Shown one piece after another: positions 15,228 to 24,482 of a DNA stretch of 37,353 nucleotides. The position numbers and the translations under genes are program-made. The notes beneath the pieces are model-generated. The model was not told where the DNA came from. It saw nothing but the letters and a program-made list of their open reading frames with translations, and ran no database searches. Numbering within the stretch: the first letter of the stretch is position 1; every line of letters begins with the position of its first letter. Source of the stretch: a virus (taxonomy: Duplodnaviria > Caudoviricetes); the IMG/VR virus record IMGVR_UViG_3300036778_000047, positions 1-37,353 of that record; one strand, written 5' to 3'.

Positions 15228-15545
15228 GTGGTCGACGTCCCCGATTTCAGCGACATCGGCAAACGTCTGCCCGGTTACGTGGAGGCGCTAGAGTGGATGA
15301 GGCGGGCGGTCGTCGTGATTTACGATATCAACATCGATGCGACGCGTCCGGTGACGCAGGAAGATATCGACACGATGGTCCGGACAAACGCAGCATTCGG
15401 GCTGCTGCTGCGCTACCTGAGAGGCACAGAGGACGCACGCAACGTCAACGCGGCCGAAGTGGCGCTGCGCGTCGCTCAGGGCGATAGCGACACGACCGAA
15501 GGCGCTCGGGATCTGCAGCGCCTGCTGGACGAAGCGGCCGGCTGA
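15228..15545 (+). CDS. Hypothetical protein
   Basis: GTG start right after the previous stop; TGATG coupling to the portal gene. Confidence 0.6.
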   Translation: MVDVPDFSDIGKRLPGYVEALEWMRRAVVVIYDINIDATRPVTQEDIDTMVRTNAAFGLLLRYLRGTEDARNVNAAEVALRVAQGDSDTTEGARDLQRLLDEAAG

Positions 15546-17734
15546 TGGCCCGGGCGTCGGAAACCGACGCGGACATCCTGACCGAAGCACGGACACGCTT
15601 TGCCCGCTGCGAACATCACGAAAGCCTCGCCCGGTCTAACGCGCTCAAAGACGCCCGCTTCGCCAACGGCGACGCCTACAACCTCGGGCAATGGGATGCA
15701 GCGGTGCTCGCCGCCCGCGGCGATCGGCCGTGTCTGACACAGAACAAGGTCAGGCAGCACAACCTGCACATCATCAACGACGCGCGCCAGCACAAGGCGG
15801 CAATCAAGGTGACGCCCACCGGCGGCGAAGCGACATACGAAGCGGCCGAGGTGTTTTCCGCCATCATCCGCCGGATCGAATACCAATCCAAAGCCCTCGA
15901 TGCCTACTCGACGGCGATTTACCATCAGGTGGAAAGCGGCATCGGCTACGTCCGCGTCGTCACCGATTACGCCGATGATGACAGCCTCGATCAGGAGATT
16001 TTCATCCGCCGCGTGCCCGATCCGCGCGTGATCTACATCGACCCGGACGCGAAAGACTACGACAAAGCCGACATGCGGTTTGCGTTCTGGTTCAACGACA
16101 CACCGAGGAAAGAATTCGAGGCAAAATATCCCGATATCGACACGGACGCGGGCGCGCCGCTCGATTATTCCGACGATTGGGACAACAAAGAGCACGTTCG
16201 GGAGGCGGAATATTGGCGCCGGGGCGTGAAAGACGACCAATTGCACCAGCTTGAGGACGGCAGCGTCGTCCGCGACAGCCAATTGCCGCCGGGGGCGAAG
16301 AAATTCCTGCGGATTGTGCGCTCGCGGGACATCGCAGAGCCTGAAATCGAGTGGTTCCGCCTCGCCGGCAGCAAAATCGTCGAGCGTAAAGTGTGGCCGG
16401 GCCGCTATATCCCGCTGGTGCCGTTTATCGGCGAGGAAACCATCATCGACGGCCAGATGGACCGCAAGGGCCACACGCGGGCGCTGATTGATTCGCAGAA
16501 AATCTACAACTATTGGAATTCCGCCGCGGTCGAACAGGTCGCTCTGCAGGGCAAGGCGCCGTATATCGCAACGGTTGAGGCGGTTGAGGGGCAAAAGCAC
16601 TGGGCGGATGCGAACGTCGTCAATTACTCGGTGCTGACCTATAACGGACGCGACGAAACCGGGCAGCCGAACCCCAAGCCCGAGCGGCAGATGCCCCCGG
16701 AAATGGCGCAAGCCTATCTGCAGGGAATGAACATCGCCCGCGAAGACATGATGATGGTCACCGGCCAGTATCAAGCCGAGATGGGCGCCCCGGGCAACGA
16801 ACGGTCGGGCGTCGCCATCCAGCAGCGCCAGCGCGAGGGCGATACCGCGACGTACCACTACATCGACAACCAGGCCAAAGGGATCAGGCAAATCGGCCGG
16901 ATCTGCCTCGATCTGATCCCGAAAATCTATGACGTGCCGCGCATCGTCAAAATCATGGCCGAGGACGGCACTCAGTCGGACGTGCAACTCGATCCGCAGG
17001 CGGCTGCGGCGCATCAGCACGTCATGCCAGGACCGCCGGGGCAGCCGCCGATGCCGGTTTCGCCCGAGCAGGCGCAGCAGGCGCAAGACGACCCGCAAAT
17101 GCCCGACCCGACCGTCATCTTCAACCCCACGGTGGGGCGATACGACGTTGAGGCGGATGTCGGGCCGCCGTTCTCGACGCAGCGCGAGGAAGCCTACAAC
17201 GCCATCAGTCAGATCATCCAAGCCTCGCCCGAGCTGGTGAATGTGGCTGGGGATCTGCTGTTCAAGTCGGCCGATTTCCCGCTCGCCGATGAGCTGGCCG
17301 AACGGCTGCGCCGGGGCGTGCCACCGCAATACACCGGCGGGCCAACGCCGCAGGTGATGCAACTGCAGCAGCAACTGCAGCAGACGACGCAGCACGGCCA
17401 GGCCATCGCGCAGCAGGCGGACGCCGAGGTCGCGCGGCTCAAGGCCGAGGTGGTGCGGCTGCAGGAACAGCTCAAGGACAAGGGCGATCGGACCACGACC
17501 GAGGATTACGACGCCGAAACGCGGCGCCTGGCAGCGGTCACGGCGGCCGATCCCACGGCGGCCAAGGTGCTTGTCCGCTCGATGCTGACCAGCCTACTGG
17601 GGATGCCCGCGCTGCCGGTGATGCACGCTCACGACGCGATGGACGCGGCGCACCAGCAGGCCATCGCCCCGCCCGATCCGGACCAGATGAACGGCGCTGC
17701 GGCGCCCCCGATGCAATCCCAGCAGCTGCAATAG
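15545..17734 (+). CDS. Portal protein, P22-like
   Basis: 729 aa; G.QWD...RPCLT.NK, YIPLVP, SGVAI..RQ.EG, G.YDV..DVGP.FSTQR and a C-terminal coiled coil. Confidence 0.93.
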   Translation: MARASETDADILTEARTRFARCEHHESLARSNALKDARFANGDAYNLGQWDAAVLAARGDRPCLTQNKVRQHNLHIINDARQHKAAIKVTPTGGEATYEAAEVFSAIIRRIEYQSKALDAYSTAIYHQVESGIGYVRVVTDYADDDSLDQEIFIRRVPDPRVIYIDPDAKDYDKADMRFAFWFNDTPRKEFEAKYPDIDTDAGAPLDYSDDWDNKEHVREAEYWRRGVKDDQLHQLEDGSVVRDSQLPPGAKKFLRIVRSRDIAEPEIEWFRLAGSKIVERKVWPGRYIPLVPFIGEETIIDGQMDRKGHTRALIDSQKIYNYWNSAAVEQVALQGKAPYIATVEAVEGQKHWADANVVNYSVLTYNGRDETGQPNPKPERQMPPEMAQAYLQGMNIAREDMMMVTGQYQAEMGAPGNERSGVAIQQRQREGDTATYHYIDNQAKGIRQIGRICLDLIPKIYDVPRIVKIMAEDGTQSDVQLDPQAAAAHQHVMPGPPGQPPMPVSPEQAQQAQDDPQMPDPTVIFNPTVGRYDVEADVGPPFSTQREEAYNAISQIIQASPELVNVAGDLLFKSADFPLADELAERLRRGVPPQYTGGPTPQVMQLQQQLQQTTQHGQAIAQQADAEVARLKAEVVRLQEQLKDKGDRTTTEDYDAETRRLAAVTAADPTAAKVLVRSMLTSLLGMPALPVMHAHDAMDAAHQQAIAPPDPDQMNGAAAPPMQSQQLQ

Positions 17735-17743
17735 GAGCACCGC

Positions 17744-18154
17744 ATGGCCGTCCCGAACACCCTCGGCATTGGCGTCGGCCTGCCCGATAAGGGGGCGATC
17801 GACGCGAATTTCACCACGCTGGTAAACGGCGGCGGCTACTCGACGCTGAACGGCGTCACGGCGCACGCCGGCGGCGGCCAAACGAACGGCGTGCTCATGT
17901 CGGCAGCGATCAATCGCGTCACCACCGTTGGGAGCGCCGGCGATAGCGTGATCCTGCCCTCTGCAGTCGGCGGCCAGTCGATTACCGTGATCAACGGCAG
18001 CGGCACGTCGATGAATGTGTTTTCCAACACCGCGAGCACGTCGGACACCATCAACGGCACGGCTGGCACGACCGCCTATGCCATCGCCGGCGGCAAAACC
18101 GCCGAGTTTGTCAGCCCGGCGTCTGGCGTCTGGCACGCGCTGCTGAGCGCGTAA
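17744..18154 (+). CDS. Small beta-rich virion protein (possible decoration protein), paralog 1
   Basis: AGGGQT...N.V.TV..A.DSV.LP...GKTA.F...G.W..LLSA shared with 21372-21722; AGGAG RBS. Confidence 0.7.
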   Translation: MAVPNTLGIGVGLPDKGAIDANFTTLVNGGGYSTLNGVTAHAGGGQTNGVLMSAAINRVTTVGSAGDSVILPSAVGGQSITVINGSGTSMNVFSNTASTSDTINGTAGTTAYAIAGGKTAEFVSPASGVWHALLSA

Positions 18155-18171
18155 GCCGCTGGCCGTAGGCT

Positions 18172-19245
18172 GTGGCGAAAGGGAACCAGTTGGGCGCGCC
18201 GAACCAGCTATTCCCGGACCAGGGCAATCCGTTTGCCGCACAGGCGCCGACGCTGGCGGACGCTTGGCAGTCAAACGCTCAGGCGTACGGGCAATGGCTC
18301 GATGCGCAGCGACAAGAGGGCATTGCGAGGGGCCTGATCGATCCGCAGACGGGCTGGCCGACTGGCAACGCGCTGGTCGACGCGGCGCGGCAATATGGCA
18401 GCGCGCTGATCGGCAGCACGTCTGCGCCGGGATTGCGGGCGTTTCATGGCTCGCCGTATTCGTTCGATCGGTTCGATCTGGGCAAGATCGGCACCGGCGA
18501 AGGCGCGCAGGCTTACGGGCACGGGATGTATTTCGCCGAGAATGAGGGCGTGGCGCGGAGTTATCGCGATGACCTCTCAGTGAAAAAGCCGCCGCCGGAA
18601 TTAGTCGCGGCCCAGAACGCCTATAATGCCGCTTATGACGCTGCTGGAAAGGCAATGAGCGGGACGGATCAGGAGTTCAACGCGGCGATTGCGGCGCGTG
18701 ATATTGCTTACCAGCAGATGCAGAAGATCAAGGCCGCTTGGGAGGCTGAACCAAAGCCACAGGGCCACATGTATGAAGTCGGGATCAACGCCGATCCGGC
18801 GCAGATGCTCGATTGGGACAAGCCGCTGAGCGAGCAGCATCCGAATGTGCAAAAGGCGTTGCTGCCCTACGTTCAGGCTGCAATCGATAAGGAATATGTC
18901 ACCGGAAACGACCCGATGAAGTTTACCGGCGGGGAGGCGTATTCAGCCGCTTCATCGGTAATGCCTGGATTTGAAGCCGGTGGCAGCGGTGCCCCCGATG
19001 TCAGCAGCACGCTTCACCAGGCCGGCATCCCCGGCATTCGCTACCTTGACGCCGGCTCGCGCGGCCAGGGCGACGGCACCAGCAATTACGTCGTGTTCAA
19101 CCCCGATACGATCGCCATCCTGCGCAAATATGGCATCGCCGGCCTGATGGCAGGGGGCGCCGCTGCCGGCGCCGCCAGCCAGACAGACCCGACGCAGACA
19201 GACCCGACGCAGACAGACCCGACGCAGACAGACCCGACGCAATAA
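18172..19245 (+). CDS. ADP-ribosyltransferase-fold protein (ART-PolyVal-like)
   Basis: AFHGSP..FDRFD..KIGTGEGAQAYG.GMYFAEN..VA..Y and GIPGIRYLD...NYVVF; hydrophobic Gly/Ala tail. Confidence 0.7.
   Translation: MAKGNQLGAPNQLFPDQGNPFAAQAPTLADAWQSNAQAYGQWLDAQRQEGIARGLIDPQTGWPTGNALVDAARQYGSALIGSTSAPGLRAFHGSPYSFDRFDLGKIGTGEGAQAYGHGMYFAENEGVARSYRDDLSVKKPPPELVAAQNAYNAAYDAAGKAMSGTDQEFNAAIAARDIAYQQMQKIKAAWEAEPKPQGHMYEVGINADPAQMLDWDKPLSEQHPNVQKALLPYVQAAIDKEYVTGNDPMKFTGGEAYSAASSVMPGFEAGGSGAPDVSSTLHQAGIPGIRYLDAGSRGQGDGTSNYVVFNPDTIAILRKYGIAGLMAGGAAAGAASQTDPTQTDPTQTDPTQTDPTQ
19180..19239 (+). repeat. Perfect tandem repeat (CAGACAGACCCGACG)x4 encoding QTDPT
   Basis: Four exact 15-bp units just before the stop codon. 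Confidence 0.95.
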
Positions 19246-19325
19246 CCCTTTCGCCCGGTAGCAGCCGCTGCCGGGAGGGACCGCACCGGCCGGTAGCCGG
19301 CTATCATCCGTGGAAAACTTAGTCC

Positions 19326-20063
19326 ATGAGCGCCACCATCGAGGACGCCCAACAGGCGGCGGCGACGGAACCATCCGTCACAGAGCCTGCTACGACTACA
19401 CCCGAGACCGATACCACAACCGCCCCTCCGCCGGGTGAGGAGCAAACGCCGCAAGCTGGCGACACCGACGACAAAAAGCTCGATCAGCGCGATCGGGCCA
19501 TTCGTCGGCTGGCGCAAGAGCAGCGGGATACCGTGCGGCAGCTCAGGGCCGCTCAAGAGCGACTGGAACGCCTGCAACCCCGCGACCCGAATGCGCCGCC
19601 CTCCCCGGCGGATATCGATCGCCAGATTGAACAGCGCGCCCAGCAACTCATCGAGGCACGGGAACACCAAAGCCGGACCGAGGCAGCGATCGCCGAGGGC
19701 AACGCCGCGTTTCCCGACTTTACCGAGCGATGCAATCAGGTGGCAGCAATGGGGGCGACCGATAATCAAGCCTTCATGGCAACGATTTGGAAGGTTCCGG
19801 GTGCCCATAAAGTGGTCGCGGAACTGGCCGAAAACCCTGCTGATACCGCCCGCATCCTGAGCTTGCCGCCGGTTGATCTGGCGTTGGAGCTGTCGCGCAT
19901 GTCCCACCGGATTGCGACCGCCCCGGCGCCACCGCCGAAACCCGTCACGCAGGCGCCACCGCCGATCAGACCGCTGGAAACGACCGCGCGCGCAGAGGTC
20001 GATCCCAACAGAATGACGTCGGAACAATACCAGGCGTGGTGGAACAAGCGGAAACGCGGCTAG
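19326..20063 (+). CDS. Capsid scaffolding protein
   Basis: Acidic N-terminus, coiled coil, FPDF, TQAPPPI.P, C-terminal MTSEQYQAW; directly before the coat gene. Confidence 0.85.
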   Translation: MSATIEDAQQAAATEPSVTEPATTTPETDTTTAPPPGEEQTPQAGDTDDKKLDQRDRAIRRLAQEQRDTVRQLRAAQERLERLQPRDPNAPPSPADIDRQIEQRAQQLIEAREHQSRTEAAIAEGNAAFPDFTERCNQVAAMGATDNQAFMATIWKVPGAHKVVAELAENPADTARILSLPPVDLALELSRMSHRIATAPAPPPKPVTQAPPPIRPLETTARAEVDPNRMTSEQYQAWWNKRKRG

Positions 20064-20158
20064 AGGCGCCCAGCCTCGTTCCCACACCGTAGGCACGCCA
20101 TGGGCAAACGTGCCGACAGCGCCGTGAGGCGCCGTATCCCTCTCGATGGAGCCTCCCC

Positions 20159-21334
20159 ATGGCTAATACACTCCTTAATTCCAGTATCATCACGAACACC
20201 GCCCTCGCCATCCTGCACCAGAAGCTGAACTTCATCGGTTCGATCAATCGGGCCTATGACGACAGTTTCGCGGTCGACGGCGGCAAAATCGGCTCTGCGT
20301 TGCGCATCCGGTTGCCTAACCAGTACGTCATCCGGTCGGGTCCGACGCTGTCAATCCAGCCCACGGTCGAAAATCAGGTCACGCTGAACGTCACCAACCA
20401 AAAGGGCGTCGACGTCGCGTTTTCCTCGGTCGAACTGGCGCTGAATATCGACAAATTCGCGCAGATCATCCTGGAACCGGCAATGGCGGTGCTGGCGGCC
20501 AACATCGAGGCCGACGCGCTCAACATGGCCCTGAACGTCTACAACCAGATCAACGGCCAGGGATCGGCGCAGACCTTCAAGAATGTCCTCGCTGCCCGGA
20601 AGATCCTGGTCGATAACCTGGCCCCGGCGGGCGAAAAGATGGTCCGCTTCAATACGCAGGACAACGTCGACATGGTCGACAGCCTGAAGGGTCTCTTCCA
20701 ATCTACCACCGAGATTTCCGAGCAGTACCGCGACGGCGTCATGGGCCACACGGCGGGGTTTGAATTCGCGGAAAACACGTTCCTCAACCAATACACCCGC
20801 GGCGCCGAGGCAGGCTATCTGGTCAACGGCGCCAATCAGACCGGCTCATCGCTGGTCGTCAAGACGGGCACCGGCGCCGGCAACCAGGGCGACATCTTTA
20901 CGATCGCCAACGTGTTCCGGGTGCATCCCGAGACCAAGCAATCGACCGCGGTCCTGCAGCAGTTTGTCCTCACAGCACCCTACGCAGGCGGCGCCGGCAC
21001 GATGTCGATCAGCCCGGCGATCGTGACCACCGGCGGCACGCAAAACGTCAGCGTCACGCCAGCCGACAGCGCGGCGCTCACCTTTGCCGGCACCGCGTCG
21101 ACCGCCTCGGGCCTCTCGCTCGCCTATGCCAAGGACGCGTTTACTTTCGCCACCGCCGACTTGCTGCTGCCCGGCGGCGTCGACATGGCAAATCGCAAGG
21201 TGATGGACGGCGTGAGCATGCGGCTTGTGCGCATGTATGACATCAATAACGACCTATTCCCATGCCGCTTTGATATACTTTACGGCTACCAGTGCATCCG
21301 GCCACAGCTTGCGGTAAGACTTGCCGCTAACTGA
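20159..21334 (+). CDS. Major capsid protein, P22 coat (gp5) family
   Basis: MANTLL...I, NR.YD..F....KIG..LRIRLP, C-terminal CRFDILYG...IRP..AVR. Confidence 0.93.
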   Translation: MANTLLNSSIITNTALAILHQKLNFIGSINRAYDDSFAVDGGKIGSALRIRLPNQYVIRSGPTLSIQPTVENQVTLNVTNQKGVDVAFSSVELALNIDKFAQIILEPAMAVLAANIEADALNMALNVYNQINGQGSAQTFKNVLAARKILVDNLAPAGEKMVRFNTQDNVDMVDSLKGLFQSTTEISEQYRDGVMGHTAGFEFAENTFLNQYTRGAEAGYLVNGANQTGSSLVVKTGTGAGNQGDIFTIANVFRVHPETKQSTAVLQQFVLTAPYAGGAGTMSISPAIVTTGGTQNVSVTPADSAALTFAGTASTASGLSLAYAKDAFTFATADLLLPGGVDMANRKVMDGVSMRLVRMYDINNDLFPCRFDILYGYQCIRPQLAVRLAAN

Positions 21335-21371
21335 GCCGTATACTGTAACCGTAACGATAGGAGCCTGATCA

Positions 21372-21722
21372 ATGGCACTCACGACCTTTGCGCCGCAGTT
21401 TCCGGCGATTTCCACCGTCACCGAAAGCATCGTGGCGCTTGCCGGCGGCGGCCAGACCGGGGCGACGCAGCTCGTCTCACGCTACAACTCGGTTGCGACC
21501 GTCGCCACCGCCGCCGACAGCGTCATGCTGCCGCCCTATCAGGGCGATCATCCGATCTACGTCTCGAACGACGCATCCAACGCGTGCGCCGTGTTCCCGT
21601 ACACGGGCCAGCAGATCGGCAGCGCCGCCGTCAATGCCTCGGTCTCGCTCACAGCGGGCAAAACCGCCCTGTTTGTAGGGACCGGGACCGTGGGGAAATG
21701 GCGCATGGTCATGAGCGCCTGA
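21372..21722 (+). CDS. Small beta-rich virion protein (possible decoration protein), paralog 2
   Basis: Colinear similarity to 17744-18154; AGGAG RBS; directly after the coat gene. Confidence 0.7.
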   Translation: MALTTFAPQFPAISTVTESIVALAGGGQTGATQLVSRYNSVATVATAADSVMLPPYQGDHPIYVSNDASNACAVFPYTGQQIGSAAVNASVSLTAGKTALFVGTGTVGKWRMVMSA

Positions 21723-21732
21723 ACGCCGCGCT

Positions 21733-22491
21733 ATGATCGAGACCGCCGGCGACCTGATCACCTTCGCGCTGCGCACCGCGGGCATCAACGGCATTGGACA
21801 GACGCCCACGGCCGAGGACAGCAACACCGGGCTGCAACTGCTGTCCAACATCATGGCCGAGTGGCAGCGCAAGCGCTGGCTGGTGTGGGATCTGGTCGAA
21901 ACGGTGCTGGTGTCCACCGGCGCGCAAACCTACACGCTCGGGCCGAGCGGCGACTTTCCGATGGCTCGCCCCGATCGGATCGACGCCGCTTTCGTCCGGC
22001 TGCTCAACCCGGCCGGCGGCAACCAAACCGACTATCCGCTGACCGTCATCGAGGCGCGCGAGGATTATAACCGCATCGCGCTCAAAACGATGAATAGCTG
22101 GCCGGATGCGGTCTTCTACGAGTCAGCCTGGCCGGTGGGCGTCGCGCATTTCTGGCCGGTGCCGTTCGCCGGTCAGTATGAGATGCACATCTTCACCAAG
22201 GCGCCGCTGCCGGTCTACACGGGTCTGGCAACGCCGCTGAACCTGCCTCCCGAGTATATGTCGGCGATCACCTATAACCTCGCCGCCGAACTCTCGATGA
22301 ACTACGGCGAAGACCCGCGCCCGGCGGTGATCGGCAAGCTGCGCGCGGCGCTGAACACCATCAGGCAGGCCAACAGCCAGGTGCCGCGCCTGCAGATGCC
22401 CCCGGGCCTCGGCGGGCCGCGCAACATCAGCAGCATGGTCGGTAACGGTATCGGCCGCGCCTTTATCCTCGATCAGGGCACGGTGCTCTGA
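21733..22491 (+). CDS. Head-to-tail adaptor (P22 gp4-like)
   Basis: TAGDLITFALR..GI...GQTP.AED....L..L..IMAEW and LPPEY..AI.YNLA.EL...YG. Confidence 0.8.
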   Translation: MIETAGDLITFALRTAGINGIGQTPTAEDSNTGLQLLSNIMAEWQRKRWLVWDLVETVLVSTGAQTYTLGPSGDFPMARPDRIDAAFVRLLNPAGGNQTDYPLTVIEAREDYNRIALKTMNSWPDAVFYESAWPVGVAHFWPVPFAGQYEMHIFTKAPLPVYTGLATPLNLPPEYMSAITYNLAAELSMNYGEDPRPAVIGKLRAALNTIRQANSQVPRLQMPPGLGGPRNISSMVGNGIGRAFILDQGTVL

Positions 22492-22889
22492 TGCCCTACC
22501 CGTGGAACCACGGGGACCAGCTGAACGCCGCGGACCTCAACAGCGCCATCGCCAATGCGGGGCGGATACCGATCCAGTCGACCGAGATCGCCACCACGGC
22601 AAATACGACCATCTCGCCAACGGGCCTCGGATCGGTGGTCGTGACGCTGTCGAGCAATACCACGCTCAACATCAACCCCGGCTTTTCAGGCGAATTGCTG
22701 CGGGTCGAGATCAAGCAGGATGCCACCGGCGGGCGCGTGGTGACGCTCGGGACCACGATCGCTGTCGGGCTGGATATTCCGAGCTACACCGCGACGACCA
22801 CGCCCAACGCGCGGGATCTGCTGCAATTCATCTGCGCCGGCACGACAAGATGGATGCTCGTGGCCGTCAACCACGGTTTCAGCGTCTGA
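22491..22889 (+). CDS. Small fibre-like structural protein
   Basis: N-terminal W..GD.LNAADLN anchor-like motif and IKQDATGGR.VT...T.NA.D domain seen in phage fibres. Confidence 0.6.
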   Translation: MPYPWNHGDQLNAADLNSAIANAGRIPIQSTEIATTANTTISPTGLGSVVVTLSSNTTLNINPGFSGELLRVEIKQDATGGRVVTLGTTIAVGLDIPSYTATTTPNARDLLQFICAGTTRWMLVAVNHGFSV

Positions 22890-22910
22890 CCTCAACCAAG
22901 GAGTCTGTTG

Positions 22911-23378
22911 ATGGCTGTCTATTCGTCCTCAAATTCGCTGGCCGGCACTCAGCAAGCGACCACGTCGACCTATAAGACGCAGCTCGCGCTGACCGCCGCG
23001 ACCGCAACGCTGACCCGTGGGCTTATCCAGGAAATCGACGTCGGCACGCCGGGCACGCCGGCGGACAATTACCTTGAGTACGACATCTCGCGGCAGACCG
23101 CGGCGGGCACGTCGACCGCTGTCACGCCCGTTCCGCTCGATACCACCTCGCGGGCCGCCGGCACGGTCGGATCGGCCAATTTCACCGCCGAGGGCACCAT
23201 CACGGCCACCTCATCGGTGTTCTATCTCGCGCTCAACCAGCGCGCTTCGTATCGATGGGTCGCAGCGCCCGGGTCGGAACTGGTGATCCCGGCCGTCAAC
23301 CTCGCCGGTCTCGCCATTCGCGCCCGCTCTGCCGCCTATACGGGCACAGTCGGCGCAATGGCGCTGCATATCGAGTGA
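22911..23378 (+). CDS. Hypothetical beta-rich (Thr/Ala) structural protein
   Basis: AAGGAG RBS; alternating beta-strand pattern. Confidence 0.7.
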   Translation: MAVYSSSNSLAGTQQATTSTYKTQLALTAATATLTRGLIQEIDVGTPGTPADNYLEYDISRQTAAGTSTAVTPVPLDTTSRAAGTVGSANFTAEGTITATSSVFYLALNQRASYRWVAAPGSELVIPAVNLAGLAIRARSAAYTGTVGAMALHIE

Positions 23379-23381
23379 TCG

Positions 23382-23636
23382 ATGCGCAATCCAGGCGGCC
23401 AATTGCTGATTTGCGACGACGGGCAAGAGCGGGCGTACGACACTTTCGGCTGCAATCACTGCCAAAAGGTGACTTTCGTACGCCCCAAGCAGCGGCCCGA
23501 GGACTTGGGCGGCCTCTGTCGCGTCTGCATGGGCCTGATCTGCTCGGATTGCGTCGGCGCGCCCTGCCGCACGGTCGAGCAGCAGCTGGCCGAGGCCGAG
23601 GCATCCTATCACGCCCGGCGTAGCTACGGATTTTGA
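23382..23636 (+). CDS. Cys-rich zinc-binding protein
   Basis: CNHC, CRVC, CSDC and PC. Confidence 0.7.
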   Translation: MRNPGGQLLICDDGQERAYDTFGCNHCQKVTFVRPKQRPEDLGGLCRVCMGLICSDCVGAPCRTVEQQLAEAEASYHARRSYGF

Positions 23637-23648
23637 GGGGACGAACCA

Positions 23649-24023
23649 ATGCCAACGCAGGAAACGCAGGTCGCGGCGCTCGCCAACACGATCATCAACC
23701 TCGCATCGTCGCTGTACGGCATTCAGCAGCAGATCACGGCGGTTTCGGCCGCGTGGACCAATCTTTCGGCGGCAAACAAGCTCAACGCCTTTCCCACGGC
23801 GGCACTGACCACCACCGGCGGCATCGGCACGGCGGACGGAACGCCGGTTACGACAAACCCGATCAATACCGGCACGCTGCCAGGCAGTGAAATCAGCCGA
23901 GCGATCAGTTCTGCCAACATCGCCGGGCTGCTGACCTATCTGCAGGGCGTCTCAAGCGCCATCGGCGGCACCGCGGTATCGGCGAACGGCGCAGCAACGC
24001 AGCTTGTGGCGTTGACGCTGTAA
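23649..24023 (+). CDS. Hypothetical protein
   Basis: GAGGGG RBS; helix-loop-helix-like, Ala/Thr/Gly-rich. Confidence 0.7.
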   Translation: MPTQETQVAALANTIINLASSLYGIQQQITAVSAAWTNLSAANKLNAFPTAALTTTGGIGTADGTPVTTNPINTGTLPGSEISRAISSANIAGLLTYLQGVSSAIGGTAVSANGAATQLVALTL

Positions 24024-24029
24024 GCAGCC

Positions 24030-24479
24030 ATGACCGAGTTTTCCAATCTCGCGCCGATATCAGCGTCGCTGACGATCGCGAGCCTCAACAGCATTTCGTC
24101 TGGCGCCTACAGCGCGCCGTCATCCCTTGTGGACAACACGGCAACCACAAAGAGCTACCTGTCCGGCTGGGTCAGATTGGCTTTCGGCGGGGCGCTGACC
24201 GCCGGATCGGGCGCGCCGTTCATTACCTTGTTTGTGCATGAGGCTCGGGACGGAACCAACGTGCCAAGCCCGCCCGGGGCAAGCGCGGCCGCGCCGTCGC
24301 CCAATGCGAGGCAGGCAACCGTTCAGCTTGTGCCTAGCGGGTCGTTTCAGGTCATCGACTTTCCGATGTTTGATCTGGGACCGTTTCAATATGCGTTTCA
24401 GGTCTACAACAACGCGGGTGTGGCATTCAGCGGCACAGCGACCGCGACCCTGTACCGGGCCAATGTCCAAGGGGTCTGA
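24030..24479 (+). CDS. Hypothetical beta-sandwich-like protein
   Basis: 149 aa with a beta-strand pattern; tightly packed in the operon. Confidence 0.7.
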   Translation: MTEFSNLAPISASLTIASLNSISSGAYSAPSSLVDNTATTKSYLSGWVRLAFGGALTAGSGAPFITLFVHEARDGTNVPSPPGASAAAPSPNARQATVQLVPSGSFQVIDFPMFDLGPFQYAFQVYNNAGVAFSGTATATLYRANVQGV

Positions 24480-24482
24480 TCA

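Noticed and set aside
15476-17395. 639-aa minus-strand ORF and similar long antisense ORFs (17594-18655, 19086-20096, 26631-27584, 11521-12579)
   Set aside because: Shadow frames opposite well-supported genes in GC-rich DNA, with no recognisable motifs.
19180-19239. Tandem repeat as a CRISPR array
   Set aside because: Units are contiguous with no spacers, lie in a reading frame, and no cas genes are present.
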